Origin: Breznakia blatticola
Lineage (GTDB): Bacteria > Bacillota_I > Bacilli_A > Erysipelotrichales > Erysipelotrichaceae
NCBI RefSeq assembly: GCF_004365815.1
Contig: NZ_SODD01000005.1
Span: 30,001 to 62,000 of the forward strand
DNA length: 32,000 nt
Reading direction: 5' to 3'
In this document: positions 1 to 8,529 of the stretch, in pieces
How positions within the stretch are numbered: the first letter of the stretch is position 1
Layout of the letters: the number at the start of each line of letters is the position of its first letter
Notes under the pieces: generated by a model
What the model saw: the letters and a program-made list of their open reading frames with translations, nothing else
Told to the model about the DNA's origin: nothing
Database searches by the model: none
Position numbers and translations under genes: made by a program

Positions 1-105
1 CAAGAACATCAAAGTGTAAGTTATGGTCATAAAATGGAAATGATTGAACAACTCGTTGCGGAGTTGTTAAAACTAGATAAAAAAGTAAAAGTAAATTACT
101 TTTAG
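1..105 (+). CDS. 3' end of an upstream gene (partial, function unknown)
   Basis: Frame 1 is open from the window edge for 34 codons (QEHQSVSYGHKMEMIEQLVAELLKLDKKVKVNYF*). It ends at TAG 103-105, just upstream of the SD of the next gene. No recognisable motif. Confidence 0.3.
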   Translation, partial: QEHQSVSYGHKMEMIEQLVAELLKLDKKVKVNYF

Positions 106-118
106 ATAAAGGAGACCT

Positions 119-961
119 ATGTATAAAATTGTTGAAAAAGAACGATTAAATCCAACGGTTACGAAAATGGTAGTAGAAGCACCAGCAATTGCCAAAAAGG
201 CAAAAGCAGGACAATTTATTATCCTTCGTTCACATGAAATGGGAGAGAGAATTCCCTTAACTGTTGCAGATTATGATCGTGAAAAAGGACTTGTTACGAT
301 TATTTACCAATTGGTAGGTCGTAGTACGATGTTACTAGATAACCTAGAAGTGGGAGATGCCATTCTTGACTTTGTAGGACCACTAGGTGTACCAAGTCAT
401 GTAGAAGGCATGAAACGTGTCTGTGTCGTTGGTGGAGGAGTTGGTTGTGCAATTGCCTATCCAACCGCAAAAGCACTATATGATAATGGCACAGAGGTAA
501 CTGTAATTACTGGATTTAGAAATAAAGATTTAGAAATCTTACGTGATGAATTTGAAGCAGTTAGTCATCATATGTATACGATGAGCGATGATGGAACTGT
601 AGGAGAAAAAGGATTAGTCACAAATAAACTACAAGAACTACTTGATGCAGGTGAAGTGTTTGATGAAGTCATCGCAATTGGACCACTAGTTATGATGAAG
701 TTTGTCTGCCAACTCACAAAACAATATGATGTGAAAACAACGGTCAGCATGAACCCGATTATGATTGATGGAACAGGAATGTGTGGATGCTGTAGACTAA
801 GTGTAAACAACGAAATGAAATTTGCTTGTGTAGATGGACCTGATTTTGATGGACATCAAGTCGACTTCGATGAAGCGATTGCAAGATCTAGACAGTATGC
901 AGACTTTGAAGCCAAAGCACGTGAAAAAGACTGTCACTTATTTCATAAGGAGGTGCGCTAG
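119..961 (+). CDS. nfnA: PyrK/NfnA-type FAD/NAD(P)-binding electron-transfer subunit (ferredoxin-NADP+ oxidoreductase small subunit)
   Basis: 280-aa ORF with SD AAAGGAGA upstream. Gly-rich dinucleotide loop VVGGGVGCAIAYP. C-terminal Cys cluster GMCGCCRLS...FACVDGP, typical of the 2Fe-2S site of PyrK/NfnA-like subunits. A 2-nt gap separates it from the GltD-like partner. Confidence 0.75.
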   Translation: MYKIVEKERLNPTVTKMVVEAPAIAKKAKAGQFIILRSHEMGERIPLTVADYDREKGLVTIIYQLVGRSTMLLDNLEVGDAILDFVGPLGVPSHVEGMKRVCVVGGGVGCAIAYPTAKALYDNGTEVTVITGFRNKDLEILRDEFEAVSHHMYTMSDDGTVGEKGLVTNKLQELLDAGEVFDEVIAIGPLVMMKFVCQLTKQYDVKTTVSMNPIMIDGTGMCGCCRLSVNNEMKFACVDGPDFDGHQVDFDEAIARSRQYADFEAKAREKDCHLFHKEVR

Positions 962-963
962 TT

Positions 964-2349
964 ATGCCAAACATGAGTCCAAATAAAGTACCAATGCCAC
1001 ATCAAGAGCCAAATGTACGAAATAAAAACGTTGCAGAAGTAGCAACAGGATATACCTTGGAAATGGCACAAGAAGAAGCGGATCGTTGTCTACAATGTAA
1101 ACACAAACCTTGTGTAAATGGATGTCCAGTAGGTGTGCAAATTCCTGAATTTATCGCCTTAATCAAAGAAGGAGATATCGAAGGAGCCTACGATAAGATT
1201 AAAGAAACCAATGCTTTACCAGCAGTATGTGGACGTGTATGTCCACAAGAAGACCAATGTGAAAAGCTATGTGTAAGAGCCATTAAACATGAAGCAGTCG
1301 GAATTGGAAGACTTGAGAGATTTGTCGCTGATTATCATATGGCAAATGGAGAAAACAAGATTCCAACAATTGAGAAGAATGGACATAAAGTAGCTGTAGT
1401 AGGAGCTGGACCTGCAGGATTAACTTGTGCAGGAGATTTAGCGAAAAAAGGATACGAAGTTACAGTCTATGAAGCATTACATAAAGCAGGAGGAGTACTT
1501 GAATATGGAATCCCAGAATTCAGACTACCAAAAGCGATTGTAAGTAAAGAAGTACAAGCACTCAAAGACTTAGGTGTTCACATGGAAACCAATATGGTTA
1601 TTGGAAAAGTGTTTGATATTGATGAACTATTTGAAGATGGAAATGAAGCTGTATTCATCGGTAGTGGAGCAGGACTTCCAAACTTTATGAAAATACCTGG
1701 AGAAAACTTAAATGGAGTATTCTCTGCAAATGAATTTCTAACACGTTTTAACTTAATGAAAGCTTATGATGTAGAAGCTGACACACCAATTTTCAAAGGT
1801 AAGAAAGTAGCAGTTGTCGGTGGAGGAAATGTTGCAATGGATGCTGCAAGATGTGCAAAGCGTCTAGGAGCAGAAGTGTACATTGTATACCGTCGAGGAA
1901 CTGAAGAATTACCAGCAAGAAAAGAAGAAGTGGAACATGCAATGGAAGAAGGAATTATCTTTAAGACATTGAATAATCCAGTCCAAGTACTTGGTGATGA
2001 CAAAGGAAATGTAAGAGCGATTGAATGTGTACAAATGGAATTAGGAGAACCTGATGAAAGTGGAAGAAGACGACCAGTCATCAAAGAAGGAAGTAATTTT
2101 ACACTAGATATCGATTGTATGATTATGTCGATAGGAACTAGTCCCAACCCATTAATTCACAGAACCACAGAAGGATTAGACACCAATAAGTGGGGATGTT
2201 TAATTGCAGATCCAAAAACAGGAGCAACAACACGAGAAGGTGTATTTGCTGGAGGAGATGCAGTAACTGGAGCTGCAACGGTGATCCTAGCAATGGGAGC
2301 AGGAAAAGAAGCTGCACAAGCAATGGATGAATACATTCAAAATAAATAA
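964..2349 (+). CDS. nfnB: GltD/NfnB-type NADPH-dependent oxidoreductase (glutamate synthase small-chain homologue)
   Basis: 461 aa. Two ferredoxin-like Cys clusters (CLQCKHKPCVNGCP; CGRVCPQEDQCEKLC) are followed by two Rossmann motifs (VAVVGAGPAGL; VAVVGGGNVAMD). Tightly coupled to the preceding PyrK-like gene. Confidence 0.8.
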   Translation: MPNMSPNKVPMPHQEPNVRNKNVAEVATGYTLEMAQEEADRCLQCKHKPCVNGCPVGVQIPEFIALIKEGDIEGAYDKIKETNALPAVCGRVCPQEDQCEKLCVRAIKHEAVGIGRLERFVADYHMANGENKIPTIEKNGHKVAVVGAGPAGLTCAGDLAKKGYEVTVYEALHKAGGVLEYGIPEFRLPKAIVSKEVQALKDLGVHMETNMVIGKVFDIDELFEDGNEAVFIGSGAGLPNFMKIPGENLNGVFSANEFLTRFNLMKAYDVEADTPIFKGKKVAVVGGGNVAMDAARCAKRLGAEVYIVYRRGTEELPARKEEVEHAMEEGIIFKTLNNPVQVLGDDKGNVRAIECVQMELGEPDESGRRRPVIKEGSNFTLDIDCMIMSIGTSPNPLIHRTTEGLDTNKWGCLIADPKTGATTREGVFAGGDAVTGAATVILAMGAGKEAAQAMDEYIQNK

Positions 2350-2358
2350 TCTTAGATA

Positions 2359-2391
2359 AGATGGAAACCAATCGAAATCCATCTTTTTTTA
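2359..2391 (+). terminator. Rho-independent terminator after nfnB-like gene
   Basis: AGATGGA (2359-2365) pairs with TCCATCT (2378-2384). The stem is followed by a T run at 2385-2390. Confidence 0.75.
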
Positions 2392-2449
2392 TTTAATGAT
2401 ATTTGAATTCTTTGTTTTCTTATGAAAACATGAAATAATGAAAAGAAAA

Positions 2450-2478
2450 GTAAACTATTTTACTAGCAAAAACGTTAT
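2450..2478 (+). promoter_or_regulatory. ECF-type promoter candidate GTAAAC-N17-CGTTAT
   Basis: GTAAAC at 2450-2455, a 17-nt spacer, and CGTTAT at 2473-2478. This matches the 'AAC' -35 / 'CGT' -10 pattern of Bacillus ECF sigma promoters. It lies 21 nt upstream of the sigma start and just before SD GAGAGGAGG. Confidence 0.5.
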
Positions 2479-2498
2479 ATAGATGAGAGGAGGAAATT

Positions 2499-3095
2499 AT
2501 GAATGAAAAAAGAATAATAAAAAAGATTCGTAAAGGTGATCAGGAATCACTAAATCAGTTCATTGAGTTTCTCTATCCTCAAGTATATCGGTTTGTATAT
2601 CGAAAATTACAAGGTGATGCTGAGTGTGCAGATATTACACAGGAAACATTTATTCGTTTTATAAGTAATATAACGACTTATAAAGTACAAGAAAAAGTAA
2701 TTCATTATCTATATCGAATTGCATCGAATTTATGTATCGATTATTGGCGCAAACAAGAACGGATGATGTTTCATGAACTAGAAGTAGAACGTATAGAGGA
2801 CACGAATATACAACCACATGAATCGATATTGAAAAAGTTAGAAAGTGAAGAATTATTAAAGTGTATTGCAAAGTTGCCAAGTTTTCAACAAGATGTCATA
2901 CTCTTACGGTATTTTGAACAACTTAACTTTCGTGAGATTGCAGCAGTATTGGAAGTAAATGAAAACACGATTAAAAGTCGACATAAATTGGCACTACATA
3001 GGTTAGAAATTATTATGAAAGGAGATAAGTCAAATGAAAAGAGAAATCATAATTCCAAAAGAAAAGATGCAAGAAACAAAGATTGCTTGCACTAA
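2499..3095 (+). CDS. Sigma-70 family RNA polymerase sigma factor, ECF-like
   Basis: 198 aa. Region 2-like segment (YRIASNLCIDYWRK) and region 4 HTH (LNFREIAAVLEVNENTIKSRHKLALHRL). Strong SD. The basic C-terminal tail overlaps the next gene. Confidence 0.85.
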   Translation: MNEKRIIKKIRKGDQESLNQFIEFLYPQVYRFVYRKLQGDAECADITQETFIRFISNITTYKVQEKVIHYLYRIASNLCIDYWRKQERMMFHELEVERIEDTNIQPHESILKKLESEELLKCIAKLPSFQQDVILLRYFEQLNFREIAAVLEVNENTIKSRHKLALHRLEIIMKGDKSNEKRNHNSKRKDARNKDCLH

Positions 3096-3744
3096 AGTAC
3101 TTTATGAAGTGCAAGCTAAAAATGAGAATAATCCTTATAAAATTGCTTTTGAATTTCTTCATTATGAATTACATAATTATGTACGATTAACATTCATTGG
3201 ACTTTTTCTTTTATGTATATCTAGTTGTTTAGAGATATTTCGAAATATGCTTATTCCGATTATAGTTCTATATTTACTCATGATTATTTTGATAGGATTG
3301 TTTGAAGCATATAGAAATTCGTATTATCAAATGGATGAATTACTTGCAACAACAATGATTTCACCAATGCATGCTATTTTATATAAGGTAAGTGTAATCC
3401 TAATAATAGAATGTGCTGTATTTGCATTTCTGGGAATACTTACAAGCATACTGAACATTGATTACTATTTCCAAATTGTAGCAATATTATTATTTCCATT
3501 AGTAATTACTAGCTTATTGTGCTTGATATACATGAAAGTATTCAAGCAGCCAATCTTATGCATTTTAGCTAGTTTAGTTAGTTATGCAAGTCTATCAATC
3601 GCGTGTTATTGGGTATTGTATTTTTCATGGTTATTAGAACAACAACTTATTTTGTATAGTGTGTTCGCACTTGTTTTATACATCATTGTATTCATTAAGA
3701 TAATGAGAAATAGTAAAGGAGGATCCTATGGAGTATATTATTAA
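3034..3744 (+). CDS. Multi-pass membrane protein, possible anti-sigma factor
   Basis: 236 aa with its own SD (AAAGGAGA, then ATG at 3034). A short cytoplasmic N-terminus is followed by several hydrophobic segments. No HxxxCxxC zinc motif. The role is inferred from its position directly after the sigma gene. Confidence 0.6.
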   Translation: MKREIIIPKEKMQETKIACTKVLYEVQAKNENNPYKIAFEFLHYELHNYVRLTFIGLFLLCISSCLEIFRNMLIPIIVLYLLMIILIGLFEAYRNSYYQMDELLATTMISPMHAILYKVSVILIIECAVFAFLGILTSILNIDYYFQIVAILLFPLVITSLLCLIYMKVFKQPILCILASLVSYASLSIACYWVLYFSWLLEQQLILYSVFALVLYIIVFIKIMRNSKGGSYGVYY

Positions 3745-4612
3745 AAATGTGTCCAAAACGTTTAAGAAGCGCTTAGTTGTTAGAGATGTAGAAATAAAAC
3801 TACAACCAGGAATACATGCTGTACTTGGTGCGAATGGCAGTGGAAAAACAACTCTATTTCGTATTCTTTGTGGTGTATTGAATGCAGATAGTCAGCCATT
3901 GATTTCGCTAGATGGAATTCTTTTACACAAACAGCGTGAAAACTATTTATCTTCAATTGGATATCTTCCTCAACAATTTGGATATTATCCAAATTATTCA
4001 ATAGATCAATTCTTATATTATATGGGTGTGGTGAAAGGTTTAAAATCTGAATACATTAAGAAACGAATGGAAACTCTGTTAATACAACTTCGCCTAGAAC
4101 AACATAGAAAAAAGAAAATGAAAAACTTGTCTGGTGGTATGCTGCGACGAGTGGGTATTGCACAAGCATTATTAAATGAACCAAAAGTTTTAATACTTGA
4201 TGAACCTACAGTAGGATTGGATCCAAAGGAAAGAATCAATTTCAAAAATATACTTACATCACTAGCGCAGGATACTATTATCTTGTTATCAACACATATA
4301 GTGAGTGATATTGAAAATGTTGCAGATGATATTATTGTGATGAAAGAAGGTTCAATTATTTTTCATGACAAAGAAGATCAACTGTTAGAATCAATTCAAG
4401 GAAAAGTATGGGAGATACAAATTCCAACAATACAAGCATCTAGTTTACTTGAGCAAAATAATATTGTCGAAAAACATACAATGCAAGACAATACAATCTT
4501 GCGAGTTGTAAGCGAAGACATTCCGCATCCACAAGCAAAAGTAATAAAGCCAAAATTGGATGATTTTTATTTGTATCATTTTAGAGAGGTATTAGATGCT
4601 AGCACTTATTAG
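3728..4612 (+). CDS. ABC transporter ATP-binding protein
   Basis: Walker A GANGSGKTT, signature LSGGMLRRV, Walker B LILDEP. Overlaps the upstream gene by 17 nt. Confidence 0.9.
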   Translation: MEYIIKNVSKTFKKRLVVRDVEIKLQPGIHAVLGANGSGKTTLFRILCGVLNADSQPLISLDGILLHKQRENYLSSIGYLPQQFGYYPNYSIDQFLYYMGVVKGLKSEYIKKRMETLLIQLRLEQHRKKKMKNLSGGMLRRVGIAQALLNEPKVLILDEPTVGLDPKERINFKNILTSLAQDTIILLSTHIVSDIENVADDIIVMKEGSIIFHDKEDQLLESIQGKVWEIQIPTIQASSLLEQNNIVEKHTMQDNTILRVVSEDIPHPQAKVIKPKLDDFYLYHFREVLDASTY

Positions 4613-6125
4613 AGAAGAAGCAATTAAACTATTTCGAAAGAAAACTTTATGGATTATATTTATCGTTTTGCTTGGGTATGTTTCGTATGCAACATACGAT
4701 AATTATCAAGAAGTGATACCTAAAAATCATTACCTACTTAATGAAAGTGGAGAACAACTAACTGGAATCGAGGCGATTCGTTACATCGATGAGAAACGAC
4801 ACGAGCTTGCTGGTAATGTTGATAAAGTCTTCATTCAAAAATACAACGAAAAGTATGATGAAGCGTTAAGGAAAGCTGGATACTATAATCTTGAAGAAGA
4901 TACAGAACGTATGAATCAACTATACACAGATGAAAATAAAAAAATGCTTGAAAGATATATTGAGGCATCAAAAAACTGGAATTTTGATGATGAATTGCAG
5001 GAATGGATTGGTGCGTTTGATATGTATATTTATTGTGCAAACGAAAATGAATCGGACATGACATGTTCATTTTTACCATTGTACAAACAAGAATCAGAAG
5101 TACAAACTGTTCACGCAATTTATGATCAAGCAAATACCTTCTTTCCGTTGATAAAACCACAAACTAGTGAGAAACCAACAGATTCAAAGACTTTTTTAGA
5201 TATTGGATTACAGTATATGATTGATAAGGATACTCATATTATTTTAAAGTGGGGAGATATCGATGGAGTAAATTATCAACAATTCTTTGTGCCTATGAAA
5301 CCAAACAAGGAAATTGGTCAGTATTTAGATACAAGCCCGTATTGGCAGCAAATGAATAAGGAATATTTACAAACGAATACTTACTATGATTCACTGATCG
5401 GTACAGAATTGTACGTGAAAAACTTAGGTGAGATAGATAGTGTATTTGGGGTTTCCTTATTATTGTTTTTTGTGCTTTTATTTGGAGATTTGTTTTCATA
5501 TGACTCACAAACGAAAACGGATCAGATTATTTACTCAAGTGCATATGGTGGAAAACAGTTACGTTTTGCTCGTTGTATAACTGCATGTATTTTCGTCGTC
5601 ATGACTGTTTTGATTAGTGAACTACTCATATTGCTCATTAGTCATGCAATTGTACCAATTCGTGGACTGGATCTTGCTGTAGTCATGCAGGATGGATTGT
5701 TTAATATATATCAAAGTCATTTAAATGTTCAATACGGAACGATGGTATTAGCATCAATTGGGTTGTTTATAATGGCGTGTATTGCGGTTAGTTCATTGAC
5801 TATGATGCTTTCATACTTGTTAAAAAACCGAATTGTTACAACCATAATAATGTTTATGTTCATCATTATTACATTCTTTTATGTATTTCCATTAGACATA
5901 TCACTTACAGGGATGCAGTCTTTTCTTCCAAGTGTGATGCTTAAATTTGAACAGTATTTTCAATATAATGCATCTGGAAGTAATGGGACTTTCTTACCAT
6001 ACATAACAGTATTTGGTCATGTGTTTGGACGTTACCAATTTGTTATTGGATTTTGGATTGCAATAAGTACGATACTTTGTTTAATGATTACATTTGTAAA
6101 TGTCCATAAAGAGATATCGCATTAA
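4596..6125 (+). CDS. ABC-2-type permease with large extracytoplasmic domain
   Basis: 509 aa. N-terminal TM segment (LWIIFIVLLGYVSYA), then a ~260-aa polar domain, then a cluster of C-terminal hydrophobic helices. Overlaps the ATPase gene by 17 nt. Confidence 0.7.
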   Translation: MLALIREEAIKLFRKKTLWIIFIVLLGYVSYATYDNYQEVIPKNHYLLNESGEQLTGIEAIRYIDEKRHELAGNVDKVFIQKYNEKYDEALRKAGYYNLEEDTERMNQLYTDENKKMLERYIEASKNWNFDDELQEWIGAFDMYIYCANENESDMTCSFLPLYKQESEVQTVHAIYDQANTFFPLIKPQTSEKPTDSKTFLDIGLQYMIDKDTHIILKWGDIDGVNYQQFFVPMKPNKEIGQYLDTSPYWQQMNKEYLQTNTYYDSLIGTELYVKNLGEIDSVFGVSLLLFFVLLFGDLFSYDSQTKTDQIIYSSAYGGKQLRFARCITACIFVVMTVLISELLILLISHAIVPIRGLDLAVVMQDGLFNIYQSHLNVQYGTMVLASIGLFIMACIAVSSLTMMLSYLLKNRIVTTIIMFMFIIITFFYVFPLDISLTGMQSFLPSVMLKFEQYFQYNASGSNGTFLPYITVFGHVFGRYQFVIGFWIAISTILCLMITFVNVHKEISH

Positions 6126-6127
6126 TG

Positions 6128-6159
6128 AAAAAAGTTGAGATCAAACGTCTCAACTTTTT
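6128..6159. terminator. Bidirectional terminator between convergent genes
   Basis: A-run, GTTGAGA (6134-6140), loop, TCTCAAC (6148-6154), T-run. Sits between the permease (+) and glgP (-). Confidence 0.8.
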
Positions 6160-6174
6160 CAATAGAAATTAATG

Positions 6175-8529
6175 TTAATTTTCAAGTTTCTTTAGTTTCC
6201 AAATGTCATGTACATACTCTTCAATGGTACGATCACTGGAGAAAAATCCAGAACGAGCAATATTGATTAATGCTTTTTTAGTCCAATTTGTTTGATCTTT
6301 ATAAAGATGTTGTACATGCTCTTGTGCTTTGATGTAAGCCTTAAAATCTTTAGCGACTAAATAGTAGTCATTTTCTTTTTCAAAGTAATCAATGATTGGT
6401 TGGAAATCTTTTAAATTTTTAATGAAATTTAGGATATTTTGAAGTTCTTTATCAGCTTTGATATCATCTTCTACTTTATAATCAGAAGCATGGATTGCAA
6501 ATACATCATCTTTCTGTAAACCAAAGATCTCGATGTTTTCATATCCAACAAGATCATAGATTTCCACATTTGCACCATCCATTGTTCCTAATGTAATTGC
6601 ACCATTCATCATGAATTTCATGTTACCCGTTCCACTCGCTTCAAATCCGGCAGTTGAAATTTGCTCGGAAATATCAGCAGCTGGAATGAGTTTTTCTGCA
6701 TAACTTACGTTGTAGTTAGTTACCATAATAACTTGTAGTTTATTTGAAATACGAGTATCTGCATTAATGATATCGGCAATTGTGCGTATGAGATGAATCG
6801 TGTTTTTTGCTAGAACATAACTTGGTGCTGCTTTTGCCCCAAAGATAAATGTTTGTGGATAAAAGTTTTCTCTAAATGTAACATCATCAAGTAAGCGATG
6901 ATACAAATAAATAATATGGAAAACATTCAATAACTGACGTTTATATGCATGAAGACGTTTGATTTGAATATCTAAGATAGAACTCTCATGAATTGAAATG
7001 CCTTCGTGTTCTTGAATATAAAGATTCAATTGATGTTTGTTTTTTGCTTTAATCTCTTGCAGTTGTGTAAGCACATCTTGATTATCCACTTGTTTTTCAA
7101 ATTCTTTAAACCAAGAAATTGGTTGACTAGAAAGTGCATCATCACTATATTTTTTAACTAATTGATACAGCTCTGGGTTTGCATATTGGAACCAACGTCG
7201 ATGTGTGATTCCATTTGTTTTATTATTGAATTTTTGTGGGTAATGATCTGCCCATATTTTCATTTCTTTTTCGATAAGAATTTTTGTATGTAAGGCTGCA
7301 ACCCCGTTCACACTAAAACTTCCAACGATGGCAAGATTTGCCATACGTACTTTCTTATTACCTATGATAGCCATTTTCTTTATTTGCGATTTTGGATAGT
7401 TGTATGCTTTTAGTGAATCTAAGAACATGTCATTGATATCTTCAATCATTTGGTAGATACGAGGTAGTAGTTTTTTCATCATCTTTGCATCCCAAGTTTC
7501 TAGTGCTTCTGCTAGTATTGTGTGGTTTGTATAAGCAATACATTTTGATGTAAGTGCATAAGCATCTTCAAGACTGTATCCATGTGTATCTACAAGTGTG
7601 CACATTAATTCAGGAATAAGTAATGTAGGATGTGTATCATTGATTTGCATTACTACATAATCTGCTAAGTTATCTAATGTTCCATGTTTTGCTAGATGCT
7701 TTTTAAGAATGTTTTGCAGTCCTGCACTAACAAATAAATACTGTTGTTTTAAGCGTAATTCTTTACCTTTTGGCGTTGAATCATCGGGATATAAACAACT
7801 CACGATATCCATGATTTCTTTTTCATAAACATCGAAATTCTTTTGGTTTTCTAAAGGTAATACATCATACATCCGTAATGTGTTTGTTGTTAGTGATGCA
7901 CCAACTATTGGCATATCGTATGGCATTGCTAAAACATCAACAGTATCGGTTAATGTATATTTACCATCTTCTGCTTTTATTAGTTTTCCATAGTATGAAA
8001 CGATGGCAGCATCTTCACTGATTTTATTTTCCCAAACATTTCTGTTATTTAACCAAAGGTCAGGTAATTCGACTTGTTTGTTATCCACAAAGATTTGCTT
8101 GAAAAAGCCATGACGATAACGAAGCGTGACTCCATGTCCTGGATAATTTAGTGATGCAATAGAATCCATGAAACAAGCAGCAAGTCGACCTAAACCACCA
8201 TTTCCTAATCCTGCATCTTCTTCTTCAAATTCGATATCCTTAATTGATATGCCATAGGGTTGTAGAACATCGTCTACTGCTTTTAATAGTTGCATGTTTT
8301 GCAAGTTATTAATGAGCAGTCGTCCCATTAGAAATTCCATGGAAAAGTAATACAATTGTTTAGCATCTTGTGTATCTATTTTCTTTGTGGTTTGTGCAAC
8401 ACTACTAGCAGCCATGTTTTGAATCATTAAGGCTAGTGCAATATACATTTCATTTTTACTAAGTTCTGAAAAGTCTTTTGAAAATAGTTGTATTGCGCTT
8501 TGTTGAAGTTGTTCTTTGATCTGATGCAT
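6175..8529 (-). CDS. glgP: Alpha-glucan (glycogen/maltodextrin) phosphorylase
   Basis: 784 aa. Pyridoxal-phosphate lysine motif EASGTGNMKFMMNGA. N-terminal GLGNGGLGRLAACF motif typical of GT35 phosphorylases. Confidence 0.95.
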   Translation of the reverse strand: MHQIKEQLQQSAIQLFSKDFSELSKNEMYIALALMIQNMAASSVAQTTKKIDTQDAKQLYYFSMEFLMGRLLINNLQNMQLLKAVDDVLQPYGISIKDIEFEEEDAGLGNGGLGRLAACFMDSIASLNYPGHGVTLRYRHGFFKQIFVDNKQVELPDLWLNNRNVWENKISEDAAIVSYYGKLIKAEDGKYTLTDTVDVLAMPYDMPIVGASLTTNTLRMYDVLPLENQKNFDVYEKEIMDIVSCLYPDDSTPKGKELRLKQQYLFVSAGLQNILKKHLAKHGTLDNLADYVVMQINDTHPTLLIPELMCTLVDTHGYSLEDAYALTSKCIAYTNHTILAEALETWDAKMMKKLLPRIYQMIEDINDMFLDSLKAYNYPKSQIKKMAIIGNKKVRMANLAIVGSFSVNGVAALHTKILIEKEMKIWADHYPQKFNNKTNGITHRRWFQYANPELYQLVKKYSDDALSSQPISWFKEFEKQVDNQDVLTQLQEIKAKNKHQLNLYIQEHEGISIHESSILDIQIKRLHAYKRQLLNVFHIIYLYHRLLDDVTFRENFYPQTFIFGAKAAPSYVLAKNTIHLIRTIADIINADTRISNKLQVIMVTNYNVSYAEKLIPAADISEQISTAGFEASGTGNMKFMMNGAITLGTMDGANVEIYDLVGYENIEIFGLQKDDVFAIHASDYKVEDDIKADKELQNILNFIKNLKDFQPIIDYFEKENDYYLVAKDFKAYIKAQEHVQHLYKDQTNWTKKALINIARSGFFSSDRTIEEYVHDIWKLKKLEN

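Noticed and set aside
568-2371. Antisense ORFs inside the nfnAB-like genes (568-810, 1764-2147, 2138-2371, all minus strand)
   Set aside because: They lie entirely within strongly supported sense genes. Their translations are low-complexity (Leu/Ser/Pro/Gln runs), they lack an SD, and they look like typical mirror-frame artefacts.
3034-3095. The 62-nt sigma/membrane-protein overlap as a frameshift-split fusion gene
   Set aside because: The downstream ORF has its own strong SD and ATG, and the sigma is complete through region 4. Genuine overlapping genes are the simpler explanation.
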